From assembly GCA_001179505.1 (NCBI GenBank), contig CDMY01000924.1:1-10380 (forward strand): a stretch of 10,380 nucleotides of DNA, read 5' to 3'. Within the stretch, counting starts at the first letter, position 1; every line of letters starts with the position of its first letter. A model generated the notes under the pieces. The model did not search any database. It was not told the origin of the DNA and saw only the letters and a program-made list of their open reading frames with translations. The position numbers and the translations under genes were made by a program. This DNA is from Vitrella brassicaformis CCMP3155 (Eukaryota; Protista; Chromerida). Below are positions 1 to 8,397 of the stretch, piece after piece.

Positions 1-2011
1 TCCACGAAGGCATCAAGGGCCTCGTGGTGACCTCACCAACCACACTCAGACGAGCCACTGCTGGCCCGTGTGTGAACTGCCCTCTTGTCTCTCCGGCGGC
101 TTTGTTGGTGGGGTGTGTGCAGGAGGACACGTTGCTCGATCAAGGTCTCAAATACGGCGAAATCCACAACGCCACTCTGCCGCAGGTAAGCAGACACAGA
201 CACAAACACACATACACGTGGGCCCCTGTGTGTCTGTCAGCTGTTCAAGATGGCTTACGTGTGTGGTCTGTGGGAGGAGGCCGTCCAGCTGCACCGCGAC
301 CACATGAAGCGATGCAGACCCGCACCACTACCCCTCCCACCGTCTCCAGGCTGCGGCCCCACCGCACACCAGCGGCCCCCGCCATCCCCCTCACCCCCAC
401 CTAACCCCCAGGGAGCATGGCCACACCCACTGGTCGCCCAGAGCTATCCGCCGACTGCCGCAGTGCGCCTGCAGCCAACAGGGGGCCTCCCACCACCACA
501 AGGGCCGCAATCGCCACAAGTGCCGCAGACGCTGGTGACACAGACACACACACACACACACACAGACACGACGACAGACAGAGATGGCCCTGTTGGGCGT
601 ATGTGAATGGGGGACATGTGTGTGTTTGTTTTTGTTCAGTGCTTCAAGCAGCTGCGAGGGCTGGATGACCTCAGCCGAGTGCTCAGGAGTCAGCTGCAGC
701 TGGTGGACAAACAGAGGCAACAGGCATTCAACCTCTTCGCCACACCAAACAAGCCACAGGTATGCTGCATGCGCACTGGTCATCCCTCCTCTCATCCACA
801 CACGCGCTCATCCCTCTCTCTCTTTCTGTCTGTCTGTCTCTCTCTCTGTCTGTCTGTTTGTCAGGCGGTTGAGCAGAATCTGCGTGTGTGGCAGAGCCTG
901 GTCGACAATCAAGCCACGAAGATCAGCCCAGCCGTCAAAGCTCTTACTTATCACTCAGCAAAGAAGATTCGCATGATACAGGCACTGCTGGAGACACCGG
1001 TGAGTGAGAACACACACAAGCGACAGACTCTGCTGACGATGCTGTCTCGTGAGTGCAGCATGAGCCCTGTTTGGAGGGCATTCCCGAAGTGCTCTGGTTC
1101 AGCGACAGCGATCGCACCGGCATCGGTACGCTGATATCGACCACACATGTCCAGATCGGCTCAGTCAATGTCTTTCCTTGACATTTCTGCTTTGTGTGGT
1201 CTGCAGGTGGTTATCTGGGCTTCGTTGAGTGCGTCAAGTCCCTCTCGGGTGTCAGCACGGCGATCGCGTCCATCGTCGGCAACCCCAAAATGCATCCCAT
1301 TCTGCTCCTCGACAACACGACACGTCTCGCACGTCGCCCTCCACCCATACACAAAAAGTGGAAGGGTGAGCATAGCACAATAAAATCGACTCGTTGCCGA
1401 TTACTTTCTCTGTGTCTCGGTGGCTGCCTCAGAGGTGCTTTCCCGCGCCAGCAGCATCCGCGTGTTGATCGAGGCCGACCCACGTGTCATCAGTGTCGCG
1501 CTGCTCGAGGCCGCCGCTCCCGCCGTCACTGAGATCACCGTCGACACGGCCGCCGAGCGCACGACACATCGCATAGAGATCGCCGGCCGCAATCCTGTGA
1601 GTATCCCGCGGCTCGTCAGGGCCGTCTTGACGCGTGAGTGGGTGAAGGTGATGCAGCGGCGGCGGCAGCACTGCGGGAAGCAGCTGTATGAGATGCCCGC
1701 TCTGACCCATCTGAGCGTCGAGTGGCCTTATCAGGGGGGGCTGACGATGCTCAAGGGGGTGACTGGCGGCCTGCGGTCGCTCCATCTCCTCGACAAGGTG
1801 GGTGCCGGGGGGTAATGTGGCCATGGGCGGGTGGACAGAACGTACGTGTTGTTGTGTTGACATTCCCTTGTAGGTGATAGCTGATGGACACCCTCCTGTG
1901 TACACGCCTCTTCACTTAGTTGCCGAATCGCTCGAGAGAACGCCCTCCAACTCTACCATCACGTCACTCACGGGCCATTTGCTTTGTTGGCCCAGAAGCT
2001 CCCCCAGCTAG
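1..2011 (+). CDS. 5'-incomplete multi-exon gene, copy 1 (Pro-rich, degenerate LRR-like hypothetical protein); frameshifted and truncated in its last visible exon
   Basis: Exons spliced by hand, phases consistent, GT..AG introns: <1-26 (tentative), 123-185, 241-534, 640-759, 865-999, 1059-1125, 1207-1365, 1433-1797, 1874-2011. The translation is continuous (EDTLLDQGLKYGEIHNATLPQ/LFKMAYVCGLWEEAV...PPPSPSPPPNP.../CFKQLRGLDD.../AVEQNLRVW.../HEPCLEGIPEV.../GYLGFVECVK.../EVLSRASSIRV...LHLLDK/VIADGHPP...). A 2-bp deletion near 1975 relative to copy 2 gives a stop TAG at 2009-2011. Confidence 0.75.
545..564 (+). repeat. (CA)10 microsatellite in intron
   Basis: Direct read, inside intron 535-639. Confidence 0.95.
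812..858 (+). repeat. TC/TCTG compound microsatellite forming the polypyrimidine tract of intron 760-864
   Basis: ccctctctctctttctgtctgtctgtctctctctctgtctgtctgt directly before the acceptor. Confidence 0.9.
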
Positions 2012-2027
2012 CGGCCTGGAGTGCCTG
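1724..2027 (+). repeat. Direct duplication, copy 1 (304 bp), of 3168-3473
   Basis: Identical to 3168-3473 by base-by-base comparison, including the 76-nt intron, except for the missing GC dinucleotide (acgggc--cattt vs acgggcgccattt). Confidence 0.97.
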
Positions 2028-2054
2028 ACAATGGTGTTGTTGTCATCTTGGTAC

Positions 2055-2130
2055 CGTCCATAATGTTCTGGAGCATCTCTGCCGAAATGGTGTGGCTTGA
2101 CGCGGCTTCAGACATTGCGGCCTCAGTCAG
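2055..2130 (-). pseudogene. Orphan first coding exon of a paralog of the coiled-coil/MORN gene (MSEAASSHTISAEMLQNIMD)
   Basis: On the minus strand: acceptor CTGCAG ending at 2131, 15-nt leader, ATG at 2115, 20 codons, then a GTACCA donor at 2054. GAGATGCTCCAGAACATTATGGACG matches GAGATGCTGCAGAATATGATGGACG of the MORN gene at 22/25 nt (EMLQNIMD vs EMLQNMMD). Confidence 0.6.
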
Positions 2131-2426
2131 CTGCAGAGATCGATGGCCGAGTGACTAAGTGAGCTGGTTCGCTTGCAACCGATAGGGGCGCCTGAGTGTG
2201 GCAGGGACGGAGAGAGCGACACGTAAGGATGGACAAGTGACTCACGTGCACACCATCAGTCACTGCTGCAGACACACAGACATAACACATGCATCTATCG
2301 ATTTCAACGTGCACATCTCCCGGCATACCCCTGGAGTGCTCTTCCTCTCCCCTTGCCTAATCCCGTCTGCGAGCTAAGCTTGCAAAGCGGAAGCCGGACG
2401 AAGGTGCGTAGCAGGGCGTTTCCGCG

Positions 2427-2829
2427 ATGGCGGAGGAGCCAAACAGGAGAAAAAAGCGACGTGTCGATGGTGCCGATGAAGATCTCCACGACAACGATGG
2501 AGATCTGCACAAGACCGCCACCTCGCCCCCTCCCGCCCTCCCCCTGCACATCGGCGACGCTGCATCCCCGAGTGCCCATATCTACTGCAGCCCCGAGGCG
2601 AACGAACCATCGTACCAGTCGAACAAGCGGCCTCTCACACCGCCCCTCACCCAATGCACTGACAGTGAGTGCCTGCTCGTGGATGTCGTATTTGAGGCCG
2701 TGTGGGCCTTTCCGCACACCGACGTCATCGAGGAGGTGGTGACAGAGCCGGGCAGTCTGTTTGTCGGTGACCGGAGATTCCATTTCGACAACGGGTCGGC
2801 AGAGACCTCTCATTTCGCTCACAGATGGT
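2427..2829 (+). CDS. 5' exon of a hypothetical protein (MAEEPNRRKKRRVDG...), running into the gap
   Basis: ATG at 2427, about 134 open codons with GC-rich third positions and a basic NLS-like RRKKRR. Probable donor GTACGT at 2830 and acceptor after a TG tract at 2862; the intron would be short (33 nt), so the boundary is uncertain. Confidence 0.6.
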
Positions 2830-2867
2830 GTACGTTATCGTGTTGTGTGTGTGTGTGTTCAGTGGCG

Positions 2868-3167
2868 NNNNNNNNNNNNNNNNNNNNNNNNNNNNNNNNN
2901 NNNNNNNNNNNNNNNNNNNNNNNNNNNNNNNNNNNNNNNNNNNNNNNNNNNNNNNNNNNNNNNNNNNNNNNNNNNNNNNNNNNNNNNNNNNNNNNNNNNN
3001 NNNNNNNNNNNNNNNNNNNNNNNNNNNNNNNNNNNNNNNNNNNNNNNNNNNNNNNNNNNNNNNNNNNNNNNNNNNNNNNNNNNNNNNNNNNNNNNNNNNN
3101 NNNNNNNNNNNNNNNNNNNNNNNNNNNNNNNNNNNNNNNNNNNNNNNNNNNNNNNNNNNNNNNNNNN
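2868..3167. other. Assembly gap (300 N)
   Basis: Run of exactly 300 N. The true size is unknown. Confidence 1.
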
Positions 3168-3473
3168 GGCCTTATCAGGGGGGGCTGACGATGCTCAAGG
3201 GGGTGACTGGCGGCCTGCGGTCGCTCCATCTCCTCGACAAGGTGGGTGCCGGGGGGTAATGTGGCCATGGGCGGGTGGACAGAACGTACGTGTTGTTGTG
3301 TTGACATTCCCTTGTAGGTGATAGCTGATGGACACCCTCCTGTGTACACGCCTCTTCACTTAGTTGCCGAATCGCTCGAGAGAACGCCCTCCAACTCTAC
3401 CATCACGTCACTCACGGGCGCCATTTGCTTTGTTGGCCCAGAAGCTCCCCCAGCTAGCGGCCTGGAGTGCCTG
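3168..3473 (+). repeat. Direct duplication, copy 2 (306 bp visible; left end hidden in the gap)
   Basis: Matches 1724-2027 and starts at the first base after the N run. Confidence 0.97.
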
Positions 3474-4692
3474 GAGTGCCTGGAGGCTGTGTGGGGTACG
3501 ACGAGATTCGCCGATGCTTCTCAAGTGAAGGTATGCACATGCATAAAACACTATAACCTGACGTGGGCATCTTGATGATGTGAAAAGGCATGCCTTGTAG
3601 GCGCTCCACAAGTTCCGAAGCGCATGGCTGGCGAAGGGCGCGAAGGAGCTGTACCACGCCGGACAGACGGACAACGGAGACGTGCGCCTCGTCAGGCGAG
3701 CAACGCGCGAGTGCCCCGCGCCCTTTGACATCCACTTGCCGCTGATCGGCAAGGCAGAGGAACTCGCCGGCATCCGATCGACCCTGCAGTTCTTCGTGTC
3801 GAGCGCCACACTCGTGAACCTCCACCCTTACCTCCTCGATCAACATGCAACCGGCGCGCGCGAGCTCTACGGCCTCTCCTTCAAGAATGCAGACAAACTG
3901 CACGTTTGGATTCCGGAGGGCATGACGGATTTCCATGTCCGCCAGCCGTTGCCGATCTGGATCACTGAGAGTGCGCAGTTTGGCGCGGTCAAGACGCTCT
4001 ACCTCGACCACAGGAGAGGGCCAGAGGGTGTGTCGCTGTATGGGGGAGGGGTAGACAAGGTCATGGGCCGGCTGCCCAAACTGGCCAAGGTCGGTTTCAT
4101 GCGTCGGCCGATCACGTCTACAAACGGGCCGCCCGCCGTTGTGCCGTTGATGTGGGCGGGGCTGAAGCACTGTGCTGTCGAGGGGGGGCCTCTCGACGTG
4201 TTAGTGGAAGTGAATCTGTGCGCGCGACCGGCACAGAGTGGTTTTGTAGTCCCAATTTTTCACTGGCAGACGGTAGAAGAGGAGTCAGATGAGCTCGATG
4301 CAGTGCTGAAAGCTAGGGTGGGGAAGGTGACAGTGGTTCTCCATGTGCGTCATGGGCGAGGGGCGGCTAACCAGCCGCCGCCGCCTGCACTGCCGTCGCT
4401 GTCCGTGTGTGTCTCGTCCTTTGCTTTCAATGCCTGGTGGGTCTTGAAGCGATTTCCCACAGTTGAGAAGTTCTGTCTGAGGGTGGGCGAAGGGGCGTCC
4501 TGTGATAGTGACATACTCATGGAATTCTTGCGGGGGTTGGGATTCCCGGGCAGTGCGATGGCGAAGAGTGTGAGTGGGAATAGCACGATTGTGTTTGAGA
4601 GAGGCGAGCGTCCATGTGAGAGAGATTCGTTTGCCGGTGGCGTGCCGGTGTGTGAGGACAGTGAGGCGATGGACAGCCAGCCTGTAGCTTAG
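3168..4692 (+). CDS. 3' part of the same LRR-like gene (copy 2, intact frame)
   Basis: Exons <3168-3241, 3318-3530 and 3601-4692. Introns are 3242-3317 (GTGGGT..TTGTAG) and 3531-3600 (GTATGC..TTGTAG), both phase 0. The last exon is 1092 nt, open and in frame with track ORF 3682-4692, ending TAG. Confidence 0.8.
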
Positions 4693-5521
4693 CTGCTCGT
4701 GGCGCGGAAAGGAATGCGGGTCGGTGGGGCTTCATGTGTGGCTTCATCGAGACGAGGCCAGACGATCACATGCTGCCATGACCATGAGAGGGGGGAGGCG
4801 GGCAAACAGGCCTAGGTGGCTGTGCAGTTAGTTGTCATTGGGGCCCCTGTGTCAGTGCTGTCGTGTCACTGTGCATGCGGCGTCAGGGAGTTCTTTGAGA
4901 GCGGTCTCCATCCCCTGGATAAGGCGATGGAGGTTCCTCTTGAAGACGAACGTGACGCTACGTGCACAAGACACTTGATCGAGATCGATGGATGAGGGGA
5001 TGCATCCACTATGTCGACTGCTGTACGGATCTGCTGCTGTGAGCAGCGGATATGGTGATGGAGATTGTCGCTGTGTTGCTGCGGTGATTTTCCGCCTGCT
5101 GGGATGTGTCTGTGGGCGCTTCGTCTGCTGTTCGCCGTCCACTGTGTGAGCAGTACAAGCCACGGAGGCCTGTCGTGGCTCGACGTGTGCGTGCATGCCG
5201 TTTCATGTCTCTCTGCATGCTGCCGCCGATTGCCACTCGTGCCAAATCTGCTCGGACGCCTGACGGTTGTGTGTCAATTTTTTTGCTTCCACCTCAGGCT
5301 GATGGTGGCTGTCTATTTGTCGCTTGCTGCTGTGTGTCTGAGAGAGAGGGGCGCGGGTGTGAGGGGAGCGGGGTGGTCGATGGTGTGCCGGGCCCATGGA
5401 TGAGGTCAGCGATGGGGTGTGGCTGTGCTCTCTGGTGCTCATGGCTTTATTGCCATGAATGTACTCTGTTCCTCTCGAGTTTTGTAGTGGTGATTTTCCA
5501 TTGCTGTGTGTGTCTGTCTGT

Positions 5522-6053
5522 TGTCCTGCGTCCGATCTGTCTGCCGCTGAATGGCCGCTGTGTGTGAGCTCTCACACACCTGCTGCCGGTCAGCCGCACA
5601 GGGAGGGAGAAGGACAACAGCCAACACGCCCTACAGCCGTACGAACGACAGCAAAGAGCTGTTGTGTCTCGATGCGTGTGTGGTCTTGGTGTGCGTTATT
5701 GAGTGCATCATGTAGTATTAAGTCCTCGGATGGGCTGTCAATTCATACACTTGCTGGCGACTGTCTGTTTGTTCGCTCCTTGCGCATGTGTGCTCGACAA
5801 ATGTGCGTCTGTCCGCCTTGGGGTTTGTGTCAAAGGTGAGGACGCCCAAATGTGGACAGACACTGAATTAATACGATGGCAATGCACTTTCGGTCTCAAA
5901 TCAATCGGAATCGCAAGAGGGCAGCAAACACACCTCACACGAGAGTCCTCATAGCTAAGGTGTGAACAGCTGTGTTTCCGATCGACTTACTTTCACCCCC
6001 TTACACGCACACAGACAGCAGAGAGAGAGTCAGACACACCTCAGCAGACAGAC
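5522..6053 (+). repeat. Diverged non-coding tandem repeat, unit 1
   Basis: Collinear conserved blocks shared with 6207-6668: 5522-5554/6207-6239 (29/33), 5609-5657/6300-6348, 5875-5899/6510-6534 (24/25), 5917-5952/6547-6582 (31/36), CTTACTTTCA 5986/6616 and TCAGCAGACAGAC 6041/6656. Confidence 0.85.
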
Positions 6054-6206
6054 AAGCGCACGCAGCCGTCGAGTCTCGTAAGGCCACAAGACATCGAACA
6101 CTGCCTCTCTCCCTCCCCCCAACGGATGCAAACACACACATCCGTAGACAATGACACACAAACAACACACAAACCTCCAGACACACAACGCTCTGTTATG
6201 GTGAGC

Positions 6207-6668
6207 TGTCCTGCGTCCCGTCTGTCTGGTGCTGAATGGATGGTCGCGATGTGTGAGCATTCACACACTTGCTGCCATATGGCGGCAGAGGAATAGGGCG
6301 AAGGACAACAGACAAACACGCCTACAGTCGAACGAACGACAGCGAAGACCTTTTATGTCTCGGCGCACGTGTGCTGTCTTCCTTTGCCTGTCTCCTTGTG
6401 CTTTGCTGACAGCACAGACAGACCTTCTTGCTGTGTGCTCGGCGTGTGTGTATGTGCGGGTGTCTCTATGTCTCTGCACCGGGAACGATGAGACCGAACA
6501 TCGATGATAGATGGCAATGCAGTTTCGGTCTCAATCCCATCGCAAAGAGGGCAGTAAAGACATCTCACACGAAAGTGCTCATCATTACAGTGGTGTGAAG
6601 ACCTCTCTGGAAAAGCTTACTTTCAGCTTACAGACAGCAAAGAGACAGAGACACATCAGCAGACAGAC
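6207..6668 (+). repeat. Diverged non-coding tandem repeat, unit 2
   Basis: Same blocks in the same order as unit 1, at offsets of about 615-690 bp. Confidence 0.85.
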
Positions 6669-6848
6669 GGCTGTGAGCTTGGTGATGCCACATGACACCA
6701 ATGTATCAGCCCCTGCTTGCCTCACTCTCTGAGAGACTCTCCCATAGAGCCATTACGTGATCACGCCCAGTCGGCCAGCAAGCCAGTCGCCCAGTCTGCA
6801 TGGGTGTTGTATGCACACACTGGATCTCTCTTTCCCTCTCTCTCCCTC

Positions 6849-6877
6849 TGTGTGTGTGTGTGTGTGTATGTGTGTGT
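6849..6877 (+). repeat. Interrupted (TG)n microsatellite
   Basis: (TG)9 at 6849-6866, then TA and further TG units. Confidence 0.95.
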
Positions 6878-7471
6878 CTCGAGGTCCGGTCAATTCAAAA
6901 CTTGAAATATCGCTGCAAGGCACAGATGCGTGTGGGTCCTAGGCCTGAGACACTTGTCCGATCACACAGACAAGCAACCAAAAGACACATTCAGATCAAC
7001 GGGCAGCTAATGCAGCCGGGCAGAAATAAGAAAACACACAGTCTCAGTCAGACAGCTCAGTCAGACAGCTGTCAACTAGGTGCTCACAGCTTTAAAGCAA
7101 CTCTCACACCCGCATACAGTCGCAGAGACATCAAAGTCACACTTCCTGAGTCGTACCCATCTGAGTCTGTTGCAGACACACACACTTCCTACACACAGCA
7201 AGACCGACAGCCAGAGAGAATTCGAAGGCCAACAGAGACACCCCAACAGACCCGCCTGCAGCCAGTGAGCCTGAGTCCACGAGACATCCAAATCAACACC
7301 TCAATAGAAAAGCACACAGGCAGCCAAGACACCAACACGCCCAGACCACAGAGGCACCAGCACACACATGCATCGACCGGCAGCTAGGCAGCCACGAAGA
7401 ACAAAGAAAACGAAATGGCAAGAACTGCATCCTCCCCTCACTGCAACACACAGCCAGCCATATAGACACAC

Positions 7472-8397
7472 TCACACACCCTGCCGCTTGCCGTCCACAA
7501 AGTCGCCCTCATACACGAGACACATCTTGGTCTCGTACTGGCGCCGCTTGTTGACAACTTGGGAGGGCGCGTATTCTTTGCCTTTGCCGTGATATTTGCC
7601 GTCGCTCCACTCGCCCTCGTACACCGGCTGGCCGTCATGCCTGAGCTCTCTCCCACCCTGGCGGTGTGGCTTGCCGTCGCGGGTCGGGCCTTGATAGTAG
7701 TTCTGTTTCCACTGCATGTACACCGCCACGCCAGTTCCCTTCTTCTCTCCATCTACCCAGCCGCCCTCGTACGCCTTCACCATGAACCCGTTCATGGCTT
7801 GGTATTCGGTGCCCTTTTGTCCCTCTCGTTTGCCGCCCGCAAAGTCGCCCTCATACACGAGACAGATCTTGGTCTCGTACTGGCGCTCCTGGTTGAGAAC
7901 TTGGCAGGGCGCGTATTCTTTGCCCTTGCCGTGATATTTGCCGTCCTTCCACTCGCCCTCATATAGCTTCTCCTCGCCGTCCAGCGACCGCAGCAGCCCC
8001 GTGCCGTGGGGCACCTCCGTGCCGCCAACTTTGCGGATGGTGCCGTGGTAGAGGCTGCCGTCATGCACAATCGTACGGGCCACACGGCTGTGGGCCTCGT
8101 CGTCGGCTGCAGCCTTAGCCTCAGCCTGCGGAGAAAGAGCCACAAACTCGTTTCCTTTTGTGTGCTCGTGTCCATCAGCTGTCCGCGTCCCTGTTCCTGT
8201 ACCTCTTCACATCGGCGTTTCCACTCATCCCTCTCTCTTTTGTATTCGTCGCGTTGGCTCTCGAGTTCTTTGATGCGTTTGTCGCTCTGCTGTCGTTCCC
8301 TGTCCATCGCGCGGCGCATGTCGTCCATCATATTCTGCAGCATCTCGCCCGTCACCGACTCGAGCGTCGAGGGGGCCTGCGACCGCCCGTCAGCCAT
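7472..8397 (-). CDS. N-terminal coiled-coil + MORN-repeat protein (about 282 aa if the stop at 7472 is real)
   Basis: Exon 8397-8203 (MADGRSQAPS...RERDEWKRRCEE), phase-0 intron 8202-8126 (GTACAG..CCGCAG), exon 8125-7472. Repeated MORN-type motifs: YEGEWKDGKYHGKG, YEGDFAGGKREG, YEGGWVDGEKKGTG, YQGPTRDGKPHRQG, YEGEWSDGKYHGKG, YEGDFVDGKRQG. Probable 5'UTR intron 8486-8417 (GTAGGC..GGCAG). Confidence 0.85.

Noticed and set aside
3525-3538. 14-mer GTGAAGGTATGCAC shared with minus strand 9985-9972
   Set aside because: It is largely splice-donor consensus (AAG|GTATGC), and the flanks are unrelated.
5917-6582. Apparent peptide conservation between units (EGSKHTSHESPH vs EGSKDISHESAH)
   Set aside because: Three of five changes are non-synonymous, adjacent blocks are out of frame and stops follow, so DNA-level similarity explains it.
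5522-6668. Possible CRISPR-like or repeat-spacer array
   Set aside because: The blocks differ from each other rather than repeating one unit, spacing is irregular, no cas-like ORFs are present, and the context is eukaryotic.
4852-7400. Many 60-195 aa ORFs in the spacer
   Set aside because: They are dominated by translated CA/TG microsatellites (VCVC, THTH), and frames are not conserved between the repeat units.
7472-7474. TGA readthrough or selenocysteine at the end of the MORN ORF
   Set aside because: The downstream frame is microsatellite-like, with no MORN continuation and no SECIS evidence.
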